DNA of 64,000 nucleotides from positions 2,304,001-2,368,000 of the forward strand of contig OY761158.1 in assembly GCA_963664405.1 (NCBI GenBank), written 5' to 3'. Shown here in pieces: positions 29,422 through 38,601 of this stretch. The translations under genes and the position numbers were made by a program. This DNA is from Thermoanaerobaculia bacterium. Lineage in GTDB: Bacteria > Acidobacteriota > Thermoanaerobaculia > Multivoradales > Multivoraceae. The first letter of the stretch is position 1. Each line of letters begins with the position of its first letter. The notes under the pieces are model-generated. The model worked only from the letters and a program-made list of their open reading frames with translations, did no database searches and was not told the DNA's origin.

Positions 29422-31625
29422 AAGCGACCCGCTCCACCCGTCGGGACTTTCTCGCATCTTCCGGAGCGCTGCTCCTCAGCTTCTCACTGGAACGCCCCCG
29501 AGATGCGCAAGCAGCACCCTTACCCGGCAGTCTTGCTCGTAGCCGTCGCCTAGATGCCTGGATCCGCGTCGGCGCCGACGGCTCGGTGACGGTTTTGAGC
29601 GGCAAATGCGAGATCGGCCAGGGGCTCGCGACCGCACTCGCGCAAATCGCCGCCGACGAGCTCGACGTCGACCTCGAGCGCATCGACATGGTGATGGCGG
29701 ACACCGGTCGCACACCGAATGAGGGCTACACCGCCGGAAGCCTGTCGATCCAACAGAGCGGGACCGCACTGCGCCAAGCCGCAGCCGAAGTGCGCCAGAT
29801 TCTGGTCGACCTCGCCGCCCAGCGGCTCGGCGCAGCCGCAGCCGATTTGAGCATCACCGACGGTCGCATATCGGCCACCACGGGACGCTCCACGACCTAC
29901 TGGGAGCTCATCGACGGCGTCGAAATCGAGCAGGAGGCCACCGGTCGAGCGACGCCGAAGCCGGCCGCCGAACGCCGCTATGTAGGGCAATCGGTACCGC
30001 GACTCGACCTGCCTGCCAAAGTGTTCGGCGAGGCAAGCTTCGTTCACGACCTGCGACTCGAAGGGATGCTCCACGCCAGAGTGGTGAGACCGCCGAGCTA
30101 TGGCGCTCGGCTGGCCTCTGTAGACGAAGCTCCGGCCCGCGCACTCGAGGGAGTCGTCGAGGTGGTGCGAAACGGCAGCTTCCTCGCCGCCATCGCCCGT
30201 CGCGAAGAGCAGGCCCTCGCTGCCGCGACCTCACTGCGCGACGCCGCGCGCTGGGAAGGCGAGACCGCCCTACCGCCGAATGCCGACCTTGCATCCTGGC
30301 TGCGCCGCCAGCCCGCGCAAGACGGCGTCGTCGATAGCGTGGGGCCGGACCCCGCCGAAGTGCCGGCGGCCAAGAGCCTCGAGGCGGAGTACTCCAAACC
30401 CTACCTGGCTCACGCCGCTCTAGCTCCCTCTTGCGCGGTTGCCCTGGAGCGAGACGGAGAGCTGGTGATTTGGACCCACAGCCAGGGCGTGTTTCCGCTA
30501 CGCAGCTCCGTGGCCCAAGTCGTCGGTCTCCCGGAAGAGCGCATCCGCGCCATACATATGGACGGGGCAGGTTGCTTCGGCCATAACGGTGCCGACGATG
30601 CCGCCTGCGATGCGGCCGTCCTCGCCCGCGCCTTACCGGGTCGACCTGTCCGCGTGCTCTGGTCGCGCGAGGACGAGCTGCGCTGGGCGCCCTTCGGTGC
30701 CGCTATGAGCCTGCGCCTACGCGCAGGCCTAGATGGAGAGGGGCGCATCGTGCACTGGCGTCACGAGCTGTGGTCGAACACCCACAGCACCCGACCGGGA
30801 CGCCGGCCAAGCTTCGTCGCGGGTTGGCATCTAGCCTCGCCGGTGCCGTCCCCGGACGCGGTCAACATCCCACAGCCTTTCGGTGGCGCCGATCGCAATG
30901 CGGTACCGCTCTATGACTTTCCCAGCCGGCGGGTGGTAGAGCACTTTCTCCCCGACATGCCGGTGCGAGTATCCGCCCTGCGCTCTCTTGGCGCCTTCGC
31001 CAATATCTTGGCCATCGAGTCGTTCATGGACGATCTCGCGGCCGCCGCCGGCATCGACCCCATCGCCTTCCGACTGAAGCATTTGAAGGACGAGCGAGGG
31101 CGTAGGGTCATCGAGTTGGCGGCGAAGGCCGCTGGATGGACCCCCGCGTCGGTTACACCAAGATCGGCCGAGTCTGGGAGTGCCAAGAAGGGGCGCGGTT
31201 TCGCATTCTCTCGCTACAAGAACCGCGGAACTTACTTGGCCCTCGTTATCGATGTCGAAGTCGACGCCAGCGGAGCCGTACGCGTCGAGAAGGCCGTCGC
31301 AGCTGTCGACGCAGGCGAAGTGATCAACCCCGACGGGCTGCGCAATCAGATCGAAGGCGGCATCGTTCAAGCCGCATCCTGGACCCTCTACGAGCAGGTG
31401 ACCTTTGATCGACAGAAAATCACTTCGACTGACTGGCGACGCTATCCGATCCTCGAGTTCCCTGAAGCTCCGGATGTAGAAGTGGTCCTCGTCGATCAGC
31501 CAGACAAGGATCCCCTGGGCGTGGGTGAAGCCGCCCAGGGACCTACCGCGGCAGCGATCAGCAACGCGGTCTTCGCTGCCACCGGCATCCGCCGCAGAGA
31601 CCTTCCCCTCAACGCCGGGGCTTAG
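29418..31625 (+). CDS. molybdopterin-binding subunit of a xanthine-oxidase-family oxidoreductase (IorB/NicB-like, Tat signal)
   Basis: GTG 29418 overlaps the upstream TGA; TRRDFL; EIGQG; AGSLS; NPDGLRNQIEGG; GVGE. Confidence 0.9.
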   Translation: MKATRSTRRDFLASSGALLLSFSLERPRDAQAAPLPGSLARSRRLDAWIRVGADGSVTVLSGKCEIGQGLATALAQIAADELDVDLERIDMVMADTGRTPNEGYTAGSLSIQQSGTALRQAAAEVRQILVDLAAQRLGAAAADLSITDGRISATTGRSTTYWELIDGVEIEQEATGRATPKPAAERRYVGQSVPRLDLPAKVFGEASFVHDLRLEGMLHARVVRPPSYGARLASVDEAPARALEGVVEVVRNGSFLAAIARREEQALAAATSLRDAARWEGETALPPNADLASWLRRQPAQDGVVDSVGPDPAEVPAAKSLEAEYSKPYLAHAALAPSCAVALERDGELVIWTHSQGVFPLRSSVAQVVGLPEERIRAIHMDGAGCFGHNGADDAACDAAVLARALPGRPVRVLWSREDELRWAPFGAAMSLRLRAGLDGEGRIVHWRHELWSNTHSTRPGRRPSFVAGWHLASPVPSPDAVNIPQPFGGADRNAVPLYDFPSRRVVEHFLPDMPVRVSALRSLGAFANILAIESFMDDLAAAAGIDPIAFRLKHLKDERGRRVIELAAKAAGWTPASVTPRSAESGSAKKGRGFAFSRYKNRGTYLALVIDVEVDASGAVRVEKAVAAVDAGEVINPDGLRNQIEGGIVQAASWTLYEQVTFDRQKITSTDWRRYPILEFPEAPDVEVVLVDQPDKDPLGVGEAAQGPTAAAISNAVFAATGIRRRDLPLNAGA

Positions 31626-31651
31626 CTCCCCGATCAACCTCGCGGCCTTCC

Positions 31652-32224
31652 ATGCGAATCGGTCTCATCTCCGACACTCACATCCCCGAAGCCCGGCAAG
31701 AGCTCTGGCCGCAAGTCTTCGAAGCGTTCAGGGATGTCGACCTGATTTTGCACGCCGGAGACATCCACGACCTGCCGGTTGTCGACGAGCTCAACCGAGT
31801 CGCACCGATCCACGTCGCCCGCGGCGACGGTGACGACGGAGGAGGCGGACGACGGGTGCAGCCCGAGGATCCGCGCCTGCAGCCGTCCTGGACCCTCGAG
31901 CTCGGAGGCGTTCGCGTAGGAGTGACCCACGCCCTGCCCATCCCCGAGATGCCGCCGAGTATCACCGTCGCAAGAGCTCTCGCTCGACACTTCCCAGAGG
32001 ACCGGCCCGATGTCGTGATCTACGGCGACAGTCACGTCGAAGCCATCGACACTTTCGAGGGAGTGCTGTGCGTGAATCCGGGCTCGCCGACCCTCCCGCA
32101 CAATCTGAATACCCAGCTCGGCACCCTTGGTTTCCTCGAGATCGATCGAGGGGAGCCGAAAGCGTCGATCTGGCGCCTCACCGAGACCTCGATCGAGCCT
32201 TTCGACTGGCGAACCTGGCGGTGA
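31652..32224 (+). CDS. YfcE/MJ0936-type metallophosphoesterase
   Basis: ISDTH, HAGD, NPGSPT. Atypical RGDGD and GDSH replace GNxD and GHxH. Confidence 0.8.
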   Translation: MRIGLISDTHIPEARQELWPQVFEAFRDVDLILHAGDIHDLPVVDELNRVAPIHVARGDGDDGGGGRRVQPEDPRLQPSWTLELGGVRVGVTHALPIPEMPPSITVARALARHFPEDRPDVVIYGDSHVEAIDTFEGVLCVNPGSPTLPHNLNTQLGTLGFLEIDRGEPKASIWRLTETSIEPFDWRTWR

Positions 32225-32946
32225 GACGCGCACTGAGAATCGTCCACACTTCGGACGTCCATCTGCAACCGAGGAGCGCCAGCGACAGCGACTCGTCGTC
32301 GATCGAGGAAACGGCCTTCATCCAGATCGTCGATCACGTCCTCGAAGAGAAGGCCGACGCCCTGCTCGTCGCCGGCGACCTCTTCGACTCCAATCGAGTC
32401 GGAGAAGACGAGTTCGGCTTCGTCGAGACCCAACTTCGGCGCCTGTCTTGCCCGGTCGCGCTGATACCCGGTAATCACGACTGCTTCGACGAGCAATCGA
32501 TCTATCGTCGTTTCGACTTCCGCACCGTGGGGCCCCACGTCCACCCTCTAACCGCCGAGGAAGGCGAAATCATCCGTCTCCCCGACCTCGAGCTGACTGT
32601 TTGGGGGAAGGGGCTTGTCGAGCACGAGCCGGCGAACAGACCGATGGCCGGCTTATCGGACCCTGACCCCGGGCACTGGTTCGTGGGGATGGCACACGGC
32701 TTCGTCGTGCCGGATCGCCGCGAGCTGCGGTCTTCGCTGATTACGCCGGACGAGATTGCCGACTCGGGGCTCGACTATCTCGCCCTCGGCCACATCCACG
32801 TCTTTCGAGATGTGTCCGAGGGACCAACGCGAGCCTGTTACCCAGGCGCTCCCAGAACCGCTCACGGCCCCCAGACCGTGAGACTCGCGATGGTGAGTCT
32901 CGACCCGTTCAGTGGTGTCGCGGTCGAAGAGCGAAATCTCGACTAG
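32221..32946 (+). CDS. Mre11/SbcD-like metallophosphoesterase (stand-alone)
   Basis: HTSDVH, AGDLFD, PGNHD, AHG, LALGHIH. The stop TAG is part of the MITE-terminal CTAG. Confidence 0.82.
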   Translation: MRRALRIVHTSDVHLQPRSASDSDSSSIEETAFIQIVDHVLEEKADALLVAGDLFDSNRVGEDEFGFVETQLRRLSCPVALIPGNHDCFDEQSIYRRFDFRTVGPHVHPLTAEEGEIIRLPDLELTVWGKGLVEHEPANRPMAGLSDPDPGHWFVGMAHGFVVPDRRELRSSLITPDEIADSGLDYLALGHIHVFRDVSEGPTRACYPGAPRTAHGPQTVRLAMVSLDPFSGVAVEERNLD

Positions 32947-33107
32947 ACCAGCGTTTCCAAAGTTCGTGCACATAGCTCGAGGTCATTCTGTTCGCTGGCT
33001 AGGCGCGCCGACGCAGGCATATTGGGCAATATGTCGAGGAGGCGAAACGCCGCCAGCGGGCAGAAGGGGCCGAGATATGTGCGGGAACTTTGGAAACGCT
33101 GGTCTAG
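32943..33107 (-). mobile_element. MITE-like palindromic element, copy 2 (165 bp, inverted relative to copy 1)
   Basis: Same 21-bp TIRs; the interior matches the reverse complement of 6899-7010 with scattered substitutions. Confidence 0.85.
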
Positions 33108-33145
33108 TACGCGCGGCCACCTAGGCAGTCACCTGTTTGCAGGGT

Positions 33146-33805
33146 CTAGTCGCGCCATCGCCATAGCCACTCCCAGAACCCCCAGGGGTAGCTCGACTCC
33201 CCCAGCACCTTGTGGTGGCGCACTACCGCGTCAGGGGTCACAACGAAGAAGACGAGCCAGCTGCCCTTGAGCAACTGAGCGATCCACGGTGGCGATTGTG
33301 CACCGACCATCCCGCCGGCCATTGTCGTGATCGAGACGAAAGCGATCGCAAGGATGATCACCGCATACTCGAGGAAGAGCGACTGCTGGGTCGTAACCTC
33401 TTCACTGACTCCATAGGAATCCGCCAGCCACCGTTTGATCCAGCCCGGAAGAAGGCCGATCACGGGATAGAAAAAGGGGAAGAAGACCGACAGGCGGCGG
33501 GCCGAGGCCTGGGCTCGAAGCACTTCGTCCCTGTCTTTGACGAAGGCCTCGTCATATTCGACGACGTGACCCGCGATGTCCTCGAAATCTTCGGTCCAGG
33601 GCACGAGCCGATAGCGGAACCTGCCCGCCGCTTTCTCTTTGTGAGTCAAGAAGTACTTCTGCCCTTGAAAGTGAATGGCGGTCCGGCGAAAGTCGCGCAC
33701 ATCCCAGTTCGGCATGTCGACAGTCGAAGAAACGACCAGGCCCTCGCCGGCCTCGATTACGCGGTCACTACCGAGGCGTTGCACCTTCTGACTCAAGGTC
33801 GACAT
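33146..33805 (-). CDS. hypothetical membrane protein
   Basis: RBS CAGGAG; soluble N-terminus and about 3 TM segments; Trp-rich C-terminus GFWEWLW. Confidence 0.7.
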   Translation of the reverse strand: MSTLSQKVQRLGSDRVIEAGEGLVVSSTVDMPNWDVRDFRRTAIHFQGQKYFLTHKEKAAGRFRYRLVPWTEDFEDIAGHVVEYDEAFVKDRDEVLRAQASARRLSVFFPFFYPVIGLLPGWIKRWLADSYGVSEEVTTQQSLFLEYAVIILAIAFVSITTMAGGMVGAQSPPWIAQLLKGSWLVFFVVTPDAVVRHHKVLGESSYPWGFWEWLWRWRD

Positions 33806-33861
33806 CTCCTGCTTCGCGATATCTTACGCGGCAGCGGCAAAAGAGCCGCGGAGGAGTAGCA

Positions 33862-34881
33862 GTGATTCCCAGGTCGACCCGGCAGAACGTCCCATGGATC
33901 CTCACGGTGGCCCTAGCCGTAGGAGGCTGCAGCGCGCCGGTTGCTGATGCACCGTCGCGCTCCGCGGCCGAAACGGCGCGTCTCCACTTCATCATTCCCG
34001 GCGCCCCTGGAGGGGGATGGGACGGAACCGCGCGCGGCGTTGGCGAGGCGTTGGCGAAGTCGCGACTGGTCTCTTCGGTCTCCTTCGAGAATCTCTCCGG
34101 AGGAGGAGGCGGCAGGGCCATGGCCCACCTCATCGCCACCGCACAACGCCAGCAGGGGACCCTGATGGTGTCGTCGACACCGATCGTTCTCAGCTCGCTG
34201 CGCGGTCGCATGGCCCAGTCGTGGCGCGACCTCACTCCGATCGCAGCAGTGATCGGCGACTACATAACCTTCGTCGTGCGGCGCGACTCGGAGTGGCGAT
34301 CCTGGGGCCAGGTGGTGACGGCCCTCAGCGAGGACCCACGCAGCCTGAAATTCGCCGGCGGCTCCGTTCTTGGCGGCACCGACCACCTGGTCACCGCCCT
34401 CGCTTGGCAGGCCTCGGGCCTCGACCCGAAAGGTCTCGCCTACGTCCCCTACGACGCCGGCGGCAAAGCGATGGCGGCGCTCCTTTCAGGTGAGACTCCC
34501 CTCCTCACCACCGGCCTCGGCGAAGCGATCGAAGCCTGGCGCGCCGGCCTCGTTCACATACTCGCCATCACCGCCGCAGAGCGGTCACCCGAAGCCCCCG
34601 AGGTTCCGACCCTTGGCGAGCTCGGAGCCGACCTCCAATTTGTCAACTGGCGGGGCTTCTTCGCCGCGCCGGGACTCGAAGCGCAACAGATCGCCGCACG
34701 AGTGGATCTCCTCGAGCGCATGCTGAGCACTCCCGAGTGGGAAGAGGTCCGCCGCCGCAACGGATGGGTCGAGATCTTCCGATCAGGGCACGAGTTCACC
34801 GCCTACCTCGAAGCGCAGGAGAAAGAGCTAGCCGACCTTCTCAACGCCCTCGAGCCGGTGCACGGGGACGGCATCTCGTAG
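33862..34881 (+). CDS. tctC: tripartite tricarboxylate transporter substrate-binding protein (Bug/TctC), lipoprotein
   Basis: Lipobox VGGC; PGAPGGGWDGTAR; ENLSGGGG; NWRG. Confidence 0.88.
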   Translation: MIPRSTRQNVPWILTVALAVGGCSAPVADAPSRSAAETARLHFIIPGAPGGGWDGTARGVGEALAKSRLVSSVSFENLSGGGGGRAMAHLIATAQRQQGTLMVSSTPIVLSSLRGRMAQSWRDLTPIAAVIGDYITFVVRRDSEWRSWGQVVTALSEDPRSLKFAGGSVLGGTDHLVTALAWQASGLDPKGLAYVPYDAGGKAMAALLSGETPLLTTGLGEAIEAWRAGLVHILAITAAERSPEAPEVPTLGELGADLQFVNWRGFFAAPGLEAQQIAARVDLLERMLSTPEWEEVRRRNGWVEIFRSGHEFTAYLEAQEKELADLLNALEPVHGDGIS

Positions 34882-35137
34882 TCTGCTCTGCGGCGGGGCG
34901 CCGGAACGCCAGCCTCCGCCTCCGCGGCGTAGTCTGATCGCATTCCCCTTCCGCAACGTAGAAAAGAGTGAGGTCCCACACATTCCGCGCGCTTTGACGG
35001 ACAGTATCGGTGGAGTCAGGGAGTTAAAGAATGCCTAAGAACCTGTTATCAATGTGCAGCTCATTCACCCGGCGCCGGAGCCCTTGGTAGCAGAGGTGCT
35101 CGCGAGAATCCTTCCTCTTCTTTCTCCAACCTAATCC

Positions 35138-35500
35138 ATGCCCATCTCGCTGAAACGAGCCTACGAAGCCCCTTCGCGATCCGATGGGTTCCGCATTCTC
35201 GTCGAGCGGCTGTGGCCCCGGGGGGTCAAGAAGCAGAACGCCAAGATCGACCTTTGGCTCAAGGAGGTTGCTCCCTCGACTGAGCTGCGGAAGTGGTTCA
35301 ACCACGAACCCGACAAGTGGGCGGAGTTCAAGCGCCGATACTTTGAAGAGCTACAGTCCCGGCCGGAGTCACTCCAGACTCTTCGCGAACAGGTTCGAGC
35401 GGGCGAAGTCACTTTCGTCTTCTCCTCGCGAGAGCTACGCTTCAATAATGCGGTCGCTCTCAAAGAATTTATGGAGAAGCATGGGCCGGAGGAGCTTTAG
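35138..35500 (+). CDS. DUF488 / YeaO-family protein
   Basis: KRAYE..DGFRILVERLWPRG, APSTELRKWF, NNAVAL. Confidence 0.9.
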   Translation: MPISLKRAYEAPSRSDGFRILVERLWPRGVKKQNAKIDLWLKEVAPSTELRKWFNHEPDKWAEFKRRYFEELQSRPESLQTLREQVRAGEVTFVFSSRELRFNNAVALKEFMEKHGPEEL

Positions 35501-35505
35501 GAAGA

Positions 35506-35976
35506 ATGACAACGGCTGACATCGAGATCCGCCGCGAAGAGCTCGCCTCACAGGTCGCGACGGACCTCATCTCCGCCCTCAACGAAGAGCTTTCGTCCCT
35601 TTACCCCGAAGCAGGAGCCAACCACTTTCGGCTGGACCATGAAGAGGTCACCGAAGGAAGGGGGGCCTTCCTGGTGGCCTACCATCTCGATGAGCCAGTC
35701 GGTTGTGGAGCCATACGTCGGCTCGGTGCGGACACGGCCGAGCTCAAACGCATGTTCGTCAAAACCACCGCTCGCGGGCTGGGCGTGGGTCGCGCGATGC
35801 TCGAGGCTCTGGAGAGAGAGGCACTTGGTCTCGGGGTCGAACGGATCGTTCTGGAGACCGGCCAGCGGCAGCTCGAAGCCATCAGCCTCTATGAGGGCTC
35901 GGGATTTCAGCCGATACCTCGCTTTGGCGAGTATCTCGCTTCACCGCTGAGCCTGTGTATGGAGAAGCGCCTCTGA
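35506..35976 (+). CDS. GNAT acetyltransferase
   Basis: VGCGA, AELKRMFV, ARGLGVG, LETG.RQ.EAI.LY. Confidence 0.88.
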   Translation: MTTADIEIRREELASQVATDLISALNEELSSLYPEAGANHFRLDHEEVTEGRGAFLVAYHLDEPVGCGAIRRLGADTAELKRMFVKTTARGLGVGRAMLEALEREALGLGVERIVLETGQRQLEAISLYEGSGFQPIPRFGEYLASPLSLCMEKRL

Positions 35977-36425
35977 GCTCGCAGCGAGGGGCAGCTCTCT
36001 TCTTTCTCGCTCTGTCGGTGGCGTATGGAGTCGTAGCGCTCGATATCGAGACCGGCATGGCGGGTGCGCAGGCAGCTTGGAGCGCTCGCACGGTTCCACT
36101 CATCCTTGCAAGTGCGGGGTGCCTTGTTTCATTGCTTCTTCTCTACTCAGGCAACGACGCCAAAACAGAATGGTCCGGGGATTGGTCACGAGCTCTCCGG
36201 CTCTGCGCGCTCACCGCACTCTATGCACTCCTTCTCCCCCGCATCGGCTTCTTCGCCGCCACCACGGCCTTTCTCGCAATCGGCTTCCGTACCCTCGGTG
36301 AGCGACGTCCGCGAGTCCTTCTCGCCGTGCCCGCGTCTGTCGCCCTCGTGCTCCTCGTATTACTCAGAGTCGCCCTCGGGGTCTACCTCCCCGAGCCGCT
36401 CCTCGAGATGCTCGCCCGGCGATGA
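35955..36425 (+). CDS. tctB: TctB membrane protein
   Basis: Four TM helices, ARTVP, GFFAAT, GERR, LGVYLP; precedes tctA. Start uncertain. Confidence 0.78.
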   Translation: MYGEAPLSSQRGAALFFLALSVAYGVVALDIETGMAGAQAAWSARTVPLILASAGCLVSLLLLYSGNDAKTEWSGDWSRALRLCALTALYALLLPRIGFFAATTAFLAIGFRTLGERRPRVLLAVPASVALVLLVLLRVALGVYLPEPLLEMLARR

Positions 36426-37903
36426 TCGAAGGCATTCTTCAGGGCCTCGCCACCGCTCTCCAGCCCCTAAACCTGGCGATGGTGGTCCTGGGCTGCGGCG
36501 CCGGCACCGTCATCGGCATGATCCCTGGGCTCGGACCCATCACCGCCATCGCCATCATGATCCCGATCACCTACGGCCTCGATCCGGCCACGGGACTCAT
36601 TCTCATGGCCGGGGTCTATTACGGCGCCATCTTCGGCGGCTCGACCTCATCGATCCTGCTCAACGCTCCAGGGGTCGCAGGCACTGTCGCCACGGCTTTC
36701 GACGGCCATCCTCTGGCGCTCAAAGGAGAGGCCGGAAAGGCCCTGGCAGTGGCCGCCTACGCCTCGTTCACAGGCGGCACACTTGCCGCAGTTTTTCTAC
36801 TCGTCGCCGCTCCTGCGCTCGCCGCGGTTGCCCTCGGCTTTCATTCTCCTGACTACTTCGCGCTCGCCGTCCTCGCTCTCGCCTCGGTGTCGGCATTCGC
36901 CGGCGGTGGCCAGCTACTCAAGGCGGCGATGATGGTCGTCGTCGGCCTGATGCTGGCAACCGTGGGGCAAGACACTTCCTCCGATGTCCCTCGCTTCACC
37001 TTTGGCAGCGTGGAGCTTCTCGACGGGCTCAGTTTTCTGCTTCTAGCCATGGCGACCTTCGCCCTTTCCGAAGCGCTTCTCGCCGTCCTCCGCCCCGAGC
37101 GCTGGGGAGCGGCAAGCAAGGCGCCATCCGGACTCGCGTCGCTCCGCTTGAGCCGAAGCGAGGTGCGCGAGGTGGCAGCTCCCATCGCACGCTCTTCGGT
37201 GCTCGGATTCCTGGTTGGGGTCCTGCCCGGCGCTGGTGCGACTCTGGCATCGTTCCTCGCCTACGCGATGGAGCGCAATCTGGCCCCCGAAAGTGAGCAG
37301 AAGAAGTTCGGCACCGGTTCGCTTCGCGGCCTCGCCGCACCCGAAGCCGCCAATAACGCCGCCTGCTCGGGCTCTTTCGTGCCGCTCCTCACCCTGGGCG
37401 TGCCGGGCTCGGCGACAACCGCGATCATGCTCGGCGCCCTGCTCTCACACGGCATCCAGCCGGGTCCGCGCCTCTTGGTCGATCGACCCGAGGTGTTCTG
37501 GTCGGTCATCGTTTCCATGTATCTGGGGAATGTGGTTTTACTGGTTCTCAACCTTCCTCTCATTCCCTGGCTCGCTCGGCTGCTTCAGGTGCCCCGCCCG
37601 ATCATGCTGCCGATGATCCTCTTCTTCTCGGTGATCGGCGTCTATCTCGTCTCCCTCAGCCCCTTCGACATTCTCCTCATGGTTGGTATCGGGCTCGCGG
37701 CTACTCTGCTGCGCCTGCTCGACTATCCTCTGCCACCACTTCTTCTCGCCTTCGTTCTCGGACCGATGCTGGAAGAGAACCTGCGCAGGTCGCTCATCCT
37801 CTACGACGGATCGTTCTCCTTCGTATGGCAGCGACCGACCACCCTGTCGATCCTGCTCCTCACCCTCGGCCTGTGCGCCTGGCGCCTCCGGCCTAGGTGT
37901 TGA
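36422..37903 (+). CDS. tctA: TctA permease (last codons supplied by the IS481 end)
   Basis: IGMIPGLG, YYGAIFGGS, APEAANNA, LTLGVPGS, PGP. Confidence 0.92.
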   Translation: MIEGILQGLATALQPLNLAMVVLGCGAGTVIGMIPGLGPITAIAIMIPITYGLDPATGLILMAGVYYGAIFGGSTSSILLNAPGVAGTVATAFDGHPLALKGEAGKALAVAAYASFTGGTLAAVFLLVAAPALAAVALGFHSPDYFALAVLALASVSAFAGGGQLLKAAMMVVVGLMLATVGQDTSSDVPRFTFGSVELLDGLSFLLLAMATFALSEALLAVLRPERWGAASKAPSGLASLRLSRSEVREVAAPIARSSVLGFLVGVLPGAGATLASFLAYAMERNLAPESEQKKFGTGSLRGLAAPEAANNAACSGSFVPLLTLGVPGSATTAIMLGALLSHGIQPGPRLLVDRPEVFWSVIVSMYLGNVVLLVLNLPLIPWLARLLQVPRPIMLPMILFFSVIGVYLVSLSPFDILLMVGIGLAATLLRLLDYPLPPLLLAFVLGPMLEENLRRSLILYDGSFSFVWQRPTTLSILLLTLGLCAWRLRPRC

Positions 37904-38095
37904 TTCCCACAGCGTTGTTCAGTTCGAGCCTGGCGTTAGGCGGTCGTCCGCCGAGGGCTGAGTGGGCTCGATGTTGGTTGTAGAAGTGGAGATATCTGGG
38001 TAAGAGATCGGAGCGCTCGCGCGAGGAGTGGAAGGTGAAGGCGTAGGCCCACTCTCGTTGGAGGGTTTGGATGAATCTCTCGGCTTTCCCGTTGG
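37898..38095 (-). mobile_element. IS481-family right-end remnant
   Basis: NGKAERFIQTLQREW...YN..RAHSALGG.PP...LNN C-terminus; terminal TGT at 37898 next to CCTAGG (NCTAGN-type target). Confidence 0.85.
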
Positions 38096-38386
38096 GCTCA
38101 ATGGTCGAATGCACCCGATACAGATTGTGAGCAACGACGTTTTCGGGTAACCCATCCGTTCCACCCGCTGTTGGGGCGTGAGTACGAGCTGGCTCACTAT
38201 CGCCAGTGCTGGGGCGAGGACCGGGTCTTCTACCTGGATGAATGCGAGGAGCTACGCTCCCTTCCAGCGCGTTGGACGAGTGCGGTGGCCGAGGACCCCG
38301 TGGTTGTCCTCTCCGCAGGCAGATCGATGTACCGCTTGGCCGACCTGCTCGAGCTCGCCAAGCTGACCCGGGAGAGCGAGCGATGA
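38096..38386 (+). CDS. DUF5372 (Y4bD/Y4pK-like) ORF lacking its own start codon
   Basis: The frame reads AQWSNAPDTDCEQRRFRVTHPFHPLLGREY...WGEDRV...LPARWT...LADLLEL. The first start-type codon (TTG 38171) lies after THPFHP. Confidence 0.7.
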   Translation, partial: AQWSNAPDTDCEQRRFRVTHPFHPLLGREYELAHYRQCWGEDRVFYLDECEELRSLPARWTSAVAEDPVVVLSAGRSMYRLADLLELAKLTRESER

Positions 38387-38420
38387 AGAGCTGCGCGAGG
38401 ACGGTTGAGGGGCACCGTGC

Positions 38421-38582
38421 GTAAAGGAGATTATGCCGTGAATGTAATCACAATTATGTCGGGAAGAGTGCCGGAGTGTGACCAGGAGTGTAGAGATAGG
38501 CCAATTTAATGCACGATCTATCGGTACTCTCTTGGTGGACACCCCTTGACAGAGGATCCATGAGAGGCATAATTAGAATTAC
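38421..38582. promoter_or_regulatory. element promoter with three GTAA-N5-ATTATGYC boxes
   Basis: Boxes at 38421-38437, 38444-38460 and inverted at 38566-38582. TTGACA 38546-38551, 16-nt spacer, CATAAT 38568-38573. Confidence 0.6.
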
Positions 38583-38601
38583 ATTCCATGAGGAGACGAT
38601 C

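Noticed and set aside
35034-35052. possible IS/MITE end (TAAGAACCTGTTATC)
   Set aside because: No partner inverted repeat or second copy was found in the window.
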